In this document: piece after piece, positions 32,930-43,144 of the stretch
Numbering within the stretch: the stretch's first letter is position 1
How the letters are laid out: the number at the start of each line of letters is the position of its first letter
DNA from: Candidatus Eremiobacteria bacterium
GTDB lineage: Bacteria; Vulcanimicrobiota; Vulcanimicrobiia; Vulcanimicrobiales; Vulcanimicrobiaceae
Direction: 5' to 3'
Assembly (NCBI GenBank): GCA_963737065.1
Contig: CAVTRC010000001.1
Location: 1 to 64,000 of the forward strand
Length of the DNA: 64,000 bases
The notes under the pieces: generated by a model
Databases searched by the model: none
Seen by the model: the letters and a program-made list of their open reading frames with translations, nothing else
What the model was told of the DNA's origin: nothing
Translations under genes and position numbers: made by a program

Positions 32930-33399
32930 TCCGGGTTGAGCGTGCGTACGAGATAGCGCACGCTCTTGCCGCGGTCTTCCAAATACGCGCGTCCTATTTC
33001 GACAAACCCCATCGATTCGTGAAACGCATCCGAGGCTGGGTTTGGCGGATCATAGTAGATCTCGGCGCATACGACCGGATATTCGTCGGCGCGAGCCTGT
33101 TTCAGCAACCGTTCGTAGAGCGCGCGCGCGATCCCGCGTCCACGTGACGATCGCGCGACGACGACGCGATCGACGTAAATGAAGCGCTCGTAGCGCCGCG
33201 CGAACCACGTGAAGTTCGGGCTGCAGTAGACCGAGCGTTCGTTGAGCGCGATCAGCATCGCATCGCGTTCGGGCGTTAACCACGCGCAATACGCGGTCGC
33301 GATCAATGCGCGCACGCCCGCATCATCGAGCGGCGAGAGCAATGCTTCCGACTCTCGATTGAGCGCAAGGAACGCCTCGACGTCCGGCATCGCCGTCAT
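32911..33399 (-). CDS. GNAT-family acetyltransferase
   Basis: YCSPNFTWF...FIYVDRVVV...RGRGIARALY...PPNPASDAFH. Confidence 0.88.
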   Translation of the reverse strand: MTAMPDVEAFLALNRESEALLSPLDDAGVRALIATAYCAWLTPERDAMLIALNERSVYCSPNFTWFARRYERFIYVDRVVVARSSRGRGIARALYERLLKQARADEYPVVCAEIYYDPPNPASDAFHESMGFVEIGRAYLEDRGKSVRYLVRTLNPDQPPAN

Positions 33400-34289
33400 G
33401 ATGACAACCGGCTCAAACGCACGGGCTTCCATTTCCACGGATCGCCCGACGTGCCGAGGATCTCGAGCGCTTCGGACATTGAGACGGAGGGAAACCGCTT
33501 CGCACGGCTGCGCGACCAGCGCTCGACGTCGCGCCAACTCACCGGCATCGATACGGGAGCACCGTCGCACGCGCGCACGGACAACGGCGGAACGATCGTC
33601 ATGCCGCGACCCACTTGTCTCGCATCGATATAGATCGTTCCCCTGGGGCGTTGCGCCACAACGCGCTCGAGCGTGAAGTACCGCGGGTCGCGTTGCGAAG
33701 CGGCGTTAGCGACCGTTTCGACAAACACGTGAACGCCCGCGTAATCGAGCTCGGGGACCAGCGGCACGATCACGTGCAACCCGCCTCGACCGGAAAGCTT
33801 TACGAGCGCGTTCGATATGCCGGCGTCATGCAGCGTCTCGCGAAGCCGCAGCGCTGCAGCGGCAACGATTTTCGGTGCAACCTCACCGACCGGGTCGAGA
33901 TCGAAGAGTGCAAAATCCGGCCGCTCGATGTGACGACGCGTCGACATCCACACGTGCAGCGTCACCATGCGCAGCTTCACGAGGTAGACGAGCGTCGCCG
34001 GTGAATCCGCGATCGCGTACGTGACGTCGCGTTCTCGGCCCGCGATGCGTGTGCGTTTCACCCAGCGCGGCGTGCCGCGCGGCGGGTCTTGCTCGAACGT
34101 ATTCGGACTGGAAATCGTCGTAAAGAACGTTTCGTAGACGATCGGCCGGTCGCGGAGATACGGCTCGAGCCAAGGCCAGACCGCCACATAGTAACGCACG
34201 ACGTCCCGTACGCGCAGATCGTCGCGCGCAAACACCAGACGTTCGTCGTCTTCGATGTCGATCGCGTGGCCGCAGATCTCATAGCGCAT
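33396..34289 (-). CDS. Stand-alone LigD-type primase-polymerase domain protein
   Basis: PDFALFDLDP, KLSGRGGLHV, IYIDARQ, PLSVRA...APVSMPVSW. Confidence 0.88.
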   Translation of the reverse strand: MRYEICGHAIDIEDDERLVFARDDLRVRDVVRYYVAVWPWLEPYLRDRPIVYETFFTTISSPNTFEQDPPRGTPRWVKRTRIAGRERDVTYAIADSPATLVYLVKLRMVTLHVWMSTRRHIERPDFALFDLDPVGEVAPKIVAAAALRLRETLHDAGISNALVKLSGRGGLHVIVPLVPELDYAGVHVFVETVANAASQRDPRYFTLERVVAQRPRGTIYIDARQVGRGMTIVPPLSVRACDGAPVSMPVSWRDVERWSRSRAKRFPSVSMSEALEILGTSGDPWKWKPVRLSRLSS

Positions 34290-35558
34290 CAGCGCGCAGG
34301 TAGAATCGTTCCGCGCGCTTCGCCGAAGCCGACGCGAAAGTCACCCGCGCCGCACCAGCCGCGCAACGTCACTTCATCGCCGTCTTCGAGAAACGCGCGC
34401 GTTTCATCGCCGACGCGCAACGGCCGCGTGCCGTTCCACGTCATCTCGATCAAACTGCCGCAGGCGTCGGATCCGCTGCCGCTGATCGTTCCGGACGCGT
34501 AGAGATCGCCCGGACGAATTGCGGTACCATTGACCGTCACATGCGCGAGCTGTTGCGCCATGTTCCAATACATCTCTTTGAAGTTCGCTCGCGAGATGGT
34601 TTGCGGCGTCGAATCCTTGCGCGCGCATGCGCTGCGTGCGAAGCTCGACCGCGAGCGAAATGTCGTACGCGCAACGATCTTCCGATCGAAGATATGGCAG
34701 CGGGCTCGGTTCCTGTTCGGGACCTGCGGTGCGAAACGGCTCTAGCGCTTCGAGGGTGACGATCCACGGCGAGATCGTCGTGGCGAACGACTTTCCGAGG
34801 AACGGTCCAAGCGGCTGATATTCCCACGCTTGAATGTCGCGCGCGCTCCAATCGTTCACGAGCACGAGGCCGAAGATATGATCGCGTGCGTTCTCGATCG
34901 GGATCGGCCGTCCGAGCTCGTTTCCGGGTCCGGTAACGAATCCGACCTCCAATTCGATGTCGAGTTTCGTGCTGGGTCCGAAGACCGGCGCGTCTGCACC
35001 CGACGGCTTGCGCTGACCCGATGGGCGCACGATCGGCGTTCCGCCGACCACGATCGTGCTCGAACGTCCGTGGTAGGCGATCGGCAAATGGCGCCAGTTG
35101 GGCATCAACGCCTCGCCGTCCGGGCGAAAAATTCTTCCGAGATTCGTCGCATGTTCGAGCGACGAATAAAAATCGACGTAATCTCCGACGGTTATCGGCA
35201 ACGCCATCTTCGCGTTTGCCTGATCGACGAACACGCGCGACGAATTGAGTTCGCGCAACCGCGCGTCTGCGGCTCGGTCGTTGCGCAGAAGCGCCGCGAT
35301 ACGCAAGCGAAGTGCTTTCCACGTCCGACGTCCGAGCGCGAGCAACGGGTTCAGCCGTTCGGCTTGCAACACTCGCCCATCGCAAATGTCGTCGAGCAAC
35401 CCCGTTTCGGCAAGGGCATGGAGGTCGAGAATCTTTGTGCCGATCGCGACACCGAGGCGCGTCGGGCCGTCGCCGGCGCGAAACGCTCCGTACGGCAAGT
35501 TGTACATGGTGAAGTCGCAGCCGGCCGGAATGTCCAGCCACGATTGAACGTGTGCCAC
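34289..35558 (-). CDS. fahA: Fumarylacetoacetase (frameshift near 34600)
   Basis: FTMYNLPYG, DYVDFYSSLEHATN, AYHGRSST, LDIELEV, NDWSARDIQAWEYQPLGPFLGKSF; second ORF MYW..QQLAH...SGTISG. Confidence 0.95.
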
Positions 35559-35565
35559 GGGTCGG

Positions 35566-36468
35566 CTACACCCGCGGAAGAATCGAACGTTCGATCAAAT
35601 CGTCGACCGGCTCGCTGAAACTGCAACTGCCGTACGAAACGAACGCCGTCCGCGCGCGCGCGACCGCATCCGCGTCGAGTGCATCGAAATCGCGGGCATC
35701 TTCGCGTGAGAGGATCTCGACGAGCGTTGCCTCCGGCGCATTGCGATGCGCGGCGGCCGCGAGCACATTGAGAAAACCGTGCATCGCGAATCCCGTCGCG
35801 GCGTTGAAATGCCGCAGCGGATGATGAAGGCCGGCCGTAGCTTTGAACGGCACACCCGCATCGCCCGAGGCGGCAAGAAACGCCGCGAGGTCCTCGGGCG
35901 ATGGAACCGCCGACGCAACAACGCCGCCGCAGCGTAGCTTCGCACCGACGCCATAGCGCGCGAACGCGGCCATCGTCGGTACGAGCAGTTCGCTCAACCG
36001 CGCGTCGCGCGGCATCTCGACATACGTTACGAGCTCGCGCAATCCGTGGCGCTCGGCCAGCATGGCGAATTGACCGATGGCGGCTTCATGTGTTTCGCGT
36101 TGCGAGAGCAACGGCGGCAACGGCAGCTCGAGCGCTTCGATCGCGATACGCGGTTCGTGCTCGCGATAGCGCCGCAACGCGTCGAGCAGCCGCGCCGCGT
36201 TGCCGAACCACGCGCGCGGGTCCGTGCCGGCGTCAACGATCACCGAGACGGGAATTCGCGCTGCGCTCTCAGATAGCAACTCGTCGATCCGCGTCGCCGG
36301 AACGATGAAACGGCCCAGCATCCATGCGTACGGACCGGAGCGGCTCGCCTCGTACTCGGCAATCGCCGCGCGCATTTCCAGTCCGGCGGGCGGAAAAAGT
36401 CCCGCGTAGTCGATGAGGCGCTCGAACGCGGCGCGGGCTTTCGGCTGGAGCGGCGTAGACGTGCTCAT
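35566..36468 (-). CDS. Conserved hypothetical protein upstream of fahA
   Basis: LIDYAGLFPPA, MLGRFIVP, AKLRCGG, PFKATAGLHHP, MHGFLNV, FVSYGSCSFSEP. Confidence 0.85.
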   Translation of the reverse strand: MSTSTPLQPKARAAFERLIDYAGLFPPAGLEMRAAIAEYEASRSGPYAWMLGRFIVPATRIDELLSESAARIPVSVIVDAGTDPRAWFGNAARLLDALRRYREHEPRIAIEALELPLPPLLSQRETHEAAIGQFAMLAERHGLRELVTYVEMPRDARLSELLVPTMAAFARYGVGAKLRCGGVVASAVPSPEDLAAFLAASGDAGVPFKATAGLHHPLRHFNAATGFAMHGFLNVLAAAAHRNAPEATLVEILSREDARDFDALDADAVARARTAFVSYGSCSFSEPVDDLIERSILPRV

Positions 36469-36519
36469 GAACCGCTCTTTCGACAGGGCCCCTCTCCACG
36501 CTTCGCTAAAGCGAACGGT

Positions 36520-37635
36520 ATGAGCACGATGACGGAAGCGCGTAGCAATCCGCTGGCGCGTATCGATTGGGATTACATTGAATTTTACGTGGGCAACGCA
36601 AAGCAGGCAGCCCACTACTACATGTCGGCCTTCGGTTTCGACCAGATCGCGTATGCGGGGCCGGAAACGGGCGTCAAGAATCGCTGCAGTTACGTTCTCG
36701 AGCAGAACAAAATCCGTTTCGTGCTGACCGCGAGCCTCGTGCCCGATGACGACATCTCAAAACACGTGATGCTGCACGGCGACGGTGTGAAAGACATCGC
36801 GATTCTGGTCGATGACGCGCGCGCGGCGTTCGATAAAGCGATCGCGGGCGGCGCGCGATCCGTCGCCGCGCCCGCCGAGTCGAGCGACGAGCACGGCGGC
36901 ATCATCACGGCCACCATTGCGACCTACGGCGACACCGTCCACACGTTCGTACAGCGCGATCGTTATCGCGGGATCTTCATGCCCGGCTTCGTGGAAGAGC
37001 GGCGTTCGATTCCGGGCAGCAACAAGCCGGAATTGCAATTCATCGATCACTGCGTCGGCAACGTCGGCTGGGGCGAGATGGATGCGTGGGGCGATTTCTA
37101 CGCAAAGGTCTTCGGCTTCTCGCAACTCGTCTCGTTCGACGACAACGATATCTCGACCGAATACACCGCGCTCAAATCAAAAGTGATGACCGACCCGCGT
37201 CATCAAGTGAAGTTCCCCATCAACGAGCCGGCCGAAGGCAAAAAGAAATCGCAGATCGAGGAGTATCTGGATTTCTATCACGGTGCGGGCGTCCAGCACA
37301 TCGCGATCCGTACCGACGACATCGTCGCAACGATCGATGCGCTCAAATACAACGGCGTCGAGTTTCTCGACACGCCGGACACGTACTACGACATGCTCGA
37401 GGAGCGCGTCGGAAAGATCGATGAAGCGCTCGACGTGCTGCGTCATCGACGGATCCTCGTCGACCGCGACGATCTCGGCTACATGCTGCAGATTTTCACC
37501 AAGCCGCTCCAGGACCGCCCGACCGTTTTCTTCGAGATCATCCAACGCAAAGGCAGCCTTTCGTTCGGCAAAGGGAACTTCAAGGCGCTTTTCGTTTCGA
37601 TCGAAAAAGAACAGGAACGGCGCGGAACGCTTTAG
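36520..37635 (+). CDS. hppD: 4-hydroxyphenylpyruvate dioxygenase
   Basis: IDHCVGNV, KFPINEP, KSQIEEY, GVQHIA, LQIFTKP, FFEIIQR, FGKGNFKALF. Confidence 0.97.
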   Translation: MSTMTEARSNPLARIDWDYIEFYVGNAKQAAHYYMSAFGFDQIAYAGPETGVKNRCSYVLEQNKIRFVLTASLVPDDDISKHVMLHGDGVKDIAILVDDARAAFDKAIAGGARSVAAPAESSDEHGGIITATIATYGDTVHTFVQRDRYRGIFMPGFVEERRSIPGSNKPELQFIDHCVGNVGWGEMDAWGDFYAKVFGFSQLVSFDDNDISTEYTALKSKVMTDPRHQVKFPINEPAEGKKKSQIEEYLDFYHGAGVQHIAIRTDDIVATIDALKYNGVEFLDTPDTYYDMLEERVGKIDEALDVLRHRRILVDRDDLGYMLQIFTKPLQDRPTVFFEIIQRKGSLSFGKGNFKALFVSIEKEQERRGTL

Positions 37636-37773
37636 TCCACGCCGTCGCTCGCCGTTCGTTCATCGCCGGCCGGTTGGCGCATGCCCCGGGCGGTCGATGT
37701 CTGCGTCGTCATACTCATCGCGTCGTACGATGGGCCGGGAAGTCGGCTGACTTCACCGAATTCAGCGGGCCGT

Positions 37774-38685
37774 ATGGGTTTGCTCGCACCGTCCGTGTCA
37801 GTCGACGCCGTTATGCTCGAGGCGCGGGCCGGTGCGCTCGGAAAGCGCTCCATCAAAACGTCGGCGAAGCTCGAAGGAATCACGCTTGCGATTCGCTGCA
37901 CCGATTTCACGACGCTCGAAGGTAAAGATTCGGAAGGGCGCGTGCGTTCGTTGTGCGCGAAAGCGGTGCGTCCGCGTCCCGGTTGGCCAAACGTGCCGAG
38001 CGTCGCGGCGGTGTGCGTGTATCCCAACCTCGTCGCGGTTGCAAAAAACGCGCTACGCGGCACGAACGTCGCCGTCGCGTCGGTAGCGACCGCGTTTCCA
38101 AGCGGACTGTCGAATGTCGAAGTGAAGCTCGCCGATACGGCGGCCGCAATCGCCGCGGGTGCGGACGAGATCGACATGGTCATCGATCGCGGCGCGTTCC
38201 TCGCGGGCCGCGAGCGAGCCGTCTACGACGAGATCGTCGGCGTCAAACAATTGTGTGGTTCGACCGGCTCAGCACGGCCCGTTCGTCTGAAAGTAATTCT
38301 AGAAACCGGCGAACTCGGAACCTACGACAATATCCGCCGCGCAAGCGACCTCGCTTTGGAAGCAGGCGCAGATTTCATCAAGACATCGACGGGCAAAGTA
38401 GGCACGAACGCAACGCCGCCGACGGCACTTGTGATGTGCGAAGCACTGCGTGATTTTGCGCGCCGGACGGGGGAGCGGCGCGGTCTCAAGGTTGCGGGCG
38501 GCGTTCGAACGACGAAACAGGCGCTCGCGTATCTCGTGATCGTCAAAGAAACGCTCGGCGACGGTTGGCTCGATCCCAAGTACTTCCGCATCGGCGCAAG
38601 TTCGCTGCTCGACGATCTGCTGATGCAATTGGAAAAGGAACAGACCGGGCACTACGCGGGAAGCGATTACATCCCAAAGGATTGA
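37774..38685 (+). CDS. deoC: Deoxyribose-phosphate aldolase (long type)
   Basis: DFTTLEG, AAVCVYP, GADEIDMV, LKVILETGEL, ADFIKTSTGK, KVAGG, FRIGASSLL. Confidence 0.95.
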   Translation: MGLLAPSVSVDAVMLEARAGALGKRSIKTSAKLEGITLAIRCTDFTTLEGKDSEGRVRSLCAKAVRPRPGWPNVPSVAAVCVYPNLVAVAKNALRGTNVAVASVATAFPSGLSNVEVKLADTAAAIAAGADEIDMVIDRGAFLAGRERAVYDEIVGVKQLCGSTGSARPVRLKVILETGELGTYDNIRRASDLALEAGADFIKTSTGKVGTNATPPTALVMCEALRDFARRTGERRGLKVAGGVRTTKQALAYLVIVKETLGDGWLDPKYFRIGASSLLDDLLMQLEKEQTGHYAGSDYIPKD

Positions 38686-38710
38686 TACCGAGTCTGCAGC
38701 ACGAGGAACG

Positions 38711-40147
38711 ATGGCGGTATTTGAGTATGCTCCTGCCCCCGAGAGCGTGCGCCCGGCGATTCGCGAGCGCTACGGACTCTTTATCGACGGCAAATGGGTT
38801 TCGCCGGCAGCCGAAGGCCACTTCGATACGATCAACCCCGCGAATGAGGCGCGCCTAGCGGAAATCGCGTATGCGACACCGACCGACGTCGATCGCGCCG
38901 TTCGCGCAGCACGCAAAAGCTACGAGAAGTATTGGCGTCGTCTCAAACCGGTCGACCGCGCGAAGTATGTCTATCGGATCGCGCGTGCAATCACGGAGCG
39001 CGCGCGCGAACTCGCGGTGCTCGAAACGCTCGACGGCGGCAAACCGGTCAAAGAATCGCGCGATTTCGACGTCCCGATGGCGGCCGCACACTTCTTCTAT
39101 TATGCCGGCTGGGCCGACAAACTCGAGTACGCGTTGCGCGCCGGACGCGAGCCGGCGCCGATCGGCGTCTGCGGCCAAATCGTGCCGTGGAACTTTCCGC
39201 TCCTCATGGCCGCCTGGAAAATCGCGCCCGCCTTAGCGTGTGGCAATACGGTAGTGCTCAAACCGGCAGAAACGACACCGCTTACCGCGCTCGCGCTTGC
39301 GCAGATCATCGAAGAGTGCGATCTTCCGCCCGGCGTGGTGAACGTCGTGACCGGCGACGGCACGACCGGCGCGGCGCTCGTCGCTCATGAAGACGTCGAC
39401 AAGATCGCGTTCACCGGATCGACCGAGGTCGGTAAATCAATTGCGCGCCGGCTCGCGGCGACGGAGAAACGGTTGACGCTGGAACTTGGCGGCAAAGCGG
39501 CACACATTATCTTCGCCGATGCGCCGATGGATCAGGCGATCGAAGGCGTCGTCAACGGGATTTACTTCAATCAGGGTCACGTGTGTTGTGCCGGCTCGCG
39601 TTTACTCGTAGAGGAGCGCGCGCACGATGAAGTCGTCGTTCGTCTCACCGAGCGGCTTCAAACACTGCGCCTCGGCGATCCGCTCGACAAAAATACGGAT
39701 ATCGGAGCGATCAATTCGCGCGCGCAACTCGAAAAAATCGAGGAGCTGGTAAAGAGCGGGGTCGAGCAAGGAGCGACGCTCGTACAGCAGCGCGGCGACT
39801 TGCCCGCGCGGGGCTTCTTCTTCCCCGCGTCGTTTTTTACGAACGTTCACCCGTCGCACCGCATTGCGAGGGAAGAGATCTTCGGCCCGGTGCTGTCCAT
39901 TCTCACATTCCGGACTCCCGACGAAGCGGTCGATAAAGCAAATAATACGCCATACGGACTTTCGGCCGGTATTTGGACGGACAAGGGAAGTAAGAATATG
40001 TGGATCGCGCAGCAGTTGCGCGCCGGTGTCGTGTGGTGCAACACGTTCAACCAATTCGACCCGAGTTCGCCGTTCGGCGGGTATCGGGAATCCGGTTTCG
40101 GTCGAGAGGGCGGTCTCCACGGGCTCTACGAGTATCTTGCGCACTAA
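38711..40147 (+). CDS. NAD-dependent aldehyde dehydrogenase
   Basis: PWNFP, KPAE, FTGSTEVG, LELGGK, NQGHVCCAG (catalytic Cys), EEIFGP. Confidence 0.95.
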   Translation: MAVFEYAPAPESVRPAIRERYGLFIDGKWVSPAAEGHFDTINPANEARLAEIAYATPTDVDRAVRAARKSYEKYWRRLKPVDRAKYVYRIARAITERARELAVLETLDGGKPVKESRDFDVPMAAAHFFYYAGWADKLEYALRAGREPAPIGVCGQIVPWNFPLLMAAWKIAPALACGNTVVLKPAETTPLTALALAQIIEECDLPPGVVNVVTGDGTTGAALVAHEDVDKIAFTGSTEVGKSIARRLAATEKRLTLELGGKAAHIIFADAPMDQAIEGVVNGIYFNQGHVCCAGSRLLVEERAHDEVVVRLTERLQTLRLGDPLDKNTDIGAINSRAQLEKIEELVKSGVEQGATLVQQRGDLPARGFFFPASFFTNVHPSHRIAREEIFGPVLSILTFRTPDEAVDKANNTPYGLSAGIWTDKGSKNMWIAQQLRAGVVWCNTFNQFDPSSPFGGYRESGFGREGGLHGLYEYLAH

Positions 40148-40218
40148 AGGACTCTGGCGCGCTCGCCGTTGGACGTCCCGACGGGAGGCGACCGCAGCTT
40201 CAGGGTAGGAGGTACCGC

Positions 40219-41481
40219 ATGACGACCGCGACCGTTGAAGTCGACCGCGCGCACCTATTGGACTGGTACCGGCGCAACCGCGAACGTTCCGCGAATTTGT
40301 TCGCCTTGATCGACGAGTCGGCGATGCACGAGCGGCCGATTCCCCTGCGTCATCCCTTCGTATTTTACGAAGGGCATTTACCGGTCTTCAGTTATCTGAC
40401 GCTCAACGAACGCGCACTCGGCGAGCCCGCGATCGATACGGCGCTCGAAAAATTATTCGAGCGCGGCATCGATCCCGCATCGCTCGACGCAGCGAGCGCG
40501 CATGGCCGCAGCGATTGGCCGGCGCGGGAACGCATCGAAGAATTGGGACGCATCATCGACGAGCGCGTGCAACGCGCACTCGCGTCGGCGAACCTGAGTA
40601 ACGATGCCGTTCCGCGTCTGGTCCGCGCGCAAGCCGCGTATACGATCCTCGAGCACGAGCAGATGCATCATGAAACGCTGCTCTATATCATCCATCAACT
40701 CGATCCGGCTAAGAAGGGGCGCATCGCGCAGGTTCATGTCGATCATGGACCGGTAGAAAACGAGATGCGCGACGTCGGAGCCGGAATTGCAACGCTCGGC
40801 GCCGATCCCGACGAGATTCCGTTCGGATGGGACAACGAGTTCGGGCGGACGGAAGTCGACGTGCCCGCGTTCGCGATACAACGGTATCCCGTCACGAACG
40901 CCGATTGGTTAGCCTTCGTTCGGGACGGCGGGCCGCAGCCGGCGTTTTGGGTCGCGCGCGACGGCGAGCTGTTTTTACGCGGCGTCTTCGAAGAATTGCC
41001 GCTACCGCTGTCGTGGCCCGTGTGGGTGACGAACCAACAGGCGCGCGCATACGCGCAATGGGCCGGAAAACGTCTTCCTACCGAAGCGGAGTATCATCGC
41101 GCCGCATTCGGCGCGCCGGGCGGAATTGAACGCCCGTATCCATGGGGAAAAGACGCGCCGCATCCGATGTACGGCAACTTTGACTTCGAGCGTTTCGACG
41201 CCGAACCCGTCGATGCACACCCCGCCGGCGCGAGCGCCTGGGAGATCGAAGATCTGATCGGCAACGGCTGGGAGTGGACGGCGACGGCGTTTGCGCCGTT
41301 TCCCGGCTTCGAGGCGATGGCATCCTACCCGCAATATTCCGTCGATTTCTTTGACGCGCGGCACTTCGTGATGAAAGGTGCGTCGCCCGTGACTGCACGC
41401 GAGCTGATCCGCCGTTCGTTCCGCAACTGGTTCTATGACGATTACCCGTTCGTGTACGCCAAGTTCCGCCTCGTAGAGTAG
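40219..41481 (+). CDS. DinB_2 + FGE-sulfatase non-heme iron sulfoxide synthase (EgtB/OvoA family)
   Basis: PIPLRHPFVFYEGH, LEHEQMHHETLLY, FGWDNE, RLPTEAE, LIGNGWEWT, RRSFRNW; AGGAGG RBS. Confidence 0.88.
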   Translation: MTTATVEVDRAHLLDWYRRNRERSANLFALIDESAMHERPIPLRHPFVFYEGHLPVFSYLTLNERALGEPAIDTALEKLFERGIDPASLDAASAHGRSDWPARERIEELGRIIDERVQRALASANLSNDAVPRLVRAQAAYTILEHEQMHHETLLYIIHQLDPAKKGRIAQVHVDHGPVENEMRDVGAGIATLGADPDEIPFGWDNEFGRTEVDVPAFAIQRYPVTNADWLAFVRDGGPQPAFWVARDGELFLRGVFEELPLPLSWPVWVTNQQARAYAQWAGKRLPTEAEYHRAAFGAPGGIERPYPWGKDAPHPMYGNFDFERFDAEPVDAHPAGASAWEIEDLIGNGWEWTATAFAPFPGFEAMASYPQYSVDFFDARHFVMKGASPVTARELIRRSFRNWFYDDYPFVYAKFRLVE

Positions 41482-41518
41482 CACAGGGGGCCGGGCGCTT
41501 CCCGTTCCGAAGCGACGG

Positions 41519-43138
41519 TTGATGAGACGTTGGATCCCGTCGCTTCTTCTTTGCGCGATTTTCCTCTGCGCGCCGGCCTGTACGAAACAGCGCGGCGGTC
41601 CGAGCGCACCGACCGGTGTTTTGCGCATCGCCGTTCCGATCAACCCGACGCAGCTCAACGCCATTTTGGAACAGAACTCGAACGAGAATTTCATCGACGG
41701 GCTGATCTTCAGCGAACTCGTCACGATCGACGATCACGGGCATGAAATTCCCGATCTGGCGCAAACCGTTCCAACGCTTGCGAACGGCGGCATCAGCAAA
41801 GACGGATTGACGATCACGTACCACTTGCGAACGAACGCGAAATGGCAGGACGGCGTGCCGGTAACCAGCCGCGACGTACGGTTTACGTGGCAAGCGATCA
41901 TGAACCGCGCGAACAACGTGCTCTCACATCACGGCTACGACCAGATCGCGTCGATCGATACCCCCGACGACCATACGGTCGTCATGCACATGAAGCGGCT
42001 GTTTCCACCGGCAGTCGATACGATCTTCGGCGAGAGCGATCAGCCGTATCGCATTTTGCCCGCTCATCTGCTGGCGAAGTATCCGAACCTCAACGCCGTT
42101 CCGTTCAACGCCGCACCGGTCGGCAGCGGCCCGTTCAAGTTTGCGCGCTGGGAACGCAACGATCGGATCGTGCTCGACGCGAATCCCGACTATTTTCTCG
42201 GCGCGCCGAAGCTCAAGCAAATCATCATCCGCATCGTCCCGGACTCCAATACGCAAGAATCGCTGCTGCGCACGGGCGAGGCCGACTTAGCGTATGAAGC
42301 GACGGCGTCGTTCTATAACGACATGAAGGACGACCCTCACGTCGTTCGCCAGCTGGCGAAAGCGCCGATTTGGGTCGGCATCATGTTCAACCTCGGGCGC
42401 CCGCCGCTCAATGATGCCGCCGTGCGGCGTGCCGTTGCGCTCGCAATCGACAAGAACGCGATCGTGCAGAAGTCGACGTACGGCACAGGCGTCGTTGCCG
42501 TTGCGGATCAAACCGATTTTTCGTGGGCGTATCCGGCAGGATTGCAACCGATCCCCTACGATCTCGGACGCGCGCAAACGATTCTTCAGGACGACGGGTG
42601 GACGATGGGACCCGATGGCGTCCGCCGGAAAAACGGCGAGCGCCTTTCGCTGCAGCTTGCGTTCGGGCTCGGCAGTCCATCGGTGCAAGCGATCGTAGCG
42701 CAAACGCAGCAGATGCTGCATCAAGCGGGTATCGAGGTCCAGCTCAAGGGGTACGATTACCAACTGCTCTATGCAGCGCAACAAAGCGGCGGTATCGTCA
42801 ATTCGGGCAAGTTCGATATGGGATACTATTCCTGGGTTGCCGGTGCGGACCCCGACGACTCGTCGCAGTTCCTTTGTTCGATGACGCCGCCAACCGGTAA
42901 CAACGTGATGCGCTACTGCAGCGCCCAGATGGACGCGCTGCAGCACGAAGCGCTTTCGACGTTCGACCGCGCGCGACGAAAGGCAGCGTACAGGAAGATT
43001 CAGGAGCTGATGCTCCACGATGTGCCCGGTGCCTTCATCTACGATCAACGCGAGCGGTACGTGCGCACACCCGCGCTGCAAAACTTTCTTCCCAACGGCG
43101 TCAGCGAAGGCTGGAACGCCTACCAATGGAACAGATAA
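41519..43138 (+). CDS. Peptide/nickel ABC transporter substrate-binding lipoprotein (family 5)
   Basis: Lipobox APAC, ITYHLRTNAKWQDGVPVTSRDV, PVGSGPFK. Confidence 0.92.
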   Translation: MMRRWIPSLLLCAIFLCAPACTKQRGGPSAPTGVLRIAVPINPTQLNAILEQNSNENFIDGLIFSELVTIDDHGHEIPDLAQTVPTLANGGISKDGLTITYHLRTNAKWQDGVPVTSRDVRFTWQAIMNRANNVLSHHGYDQIASIDTPDDHTVVMHMKRLFPPAVDTIFGESDQPYRILPAHLLAKYPNLNAVPFNAAPVGSGPFKFARWERNDRIVLDANPDYFLGAPKLKQIIIRIVPDSNTQESLLRTGEADLAYEATASFYNDMKDDPHVVRQLAKAPIWVGIMFNLGRPPLNDAAVRRAVALAIDKNAIVQKSTYGTGVVAVADQTDFSWAYPAGLQPIPYDLGRAQTILQDDGWTMGPDGVRRKNGERLSLQLAFGLGSPSVQAIVAQTQQMLHQAGIEVQLKGYDYQLLYAAQQSGGIVNSGKFDMGYYSWVAGADPDDSSQFLCSMTPPTGNNVMRYCSAQMDALQHEALSTFDRARRKAAYRKIQELMLHDVPGAFIYDQRERYVRTPALQNFLPNGVSEGWNAYQWNR

Positions 43139-43144
43139 CGAAGT

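Noticed and set aside
40148..40218. Riboswitch upstream of the sulfoxide synthase
   Set aside because: Some pairing potential but only about 70 nt and no recognisable aptamer consensus.
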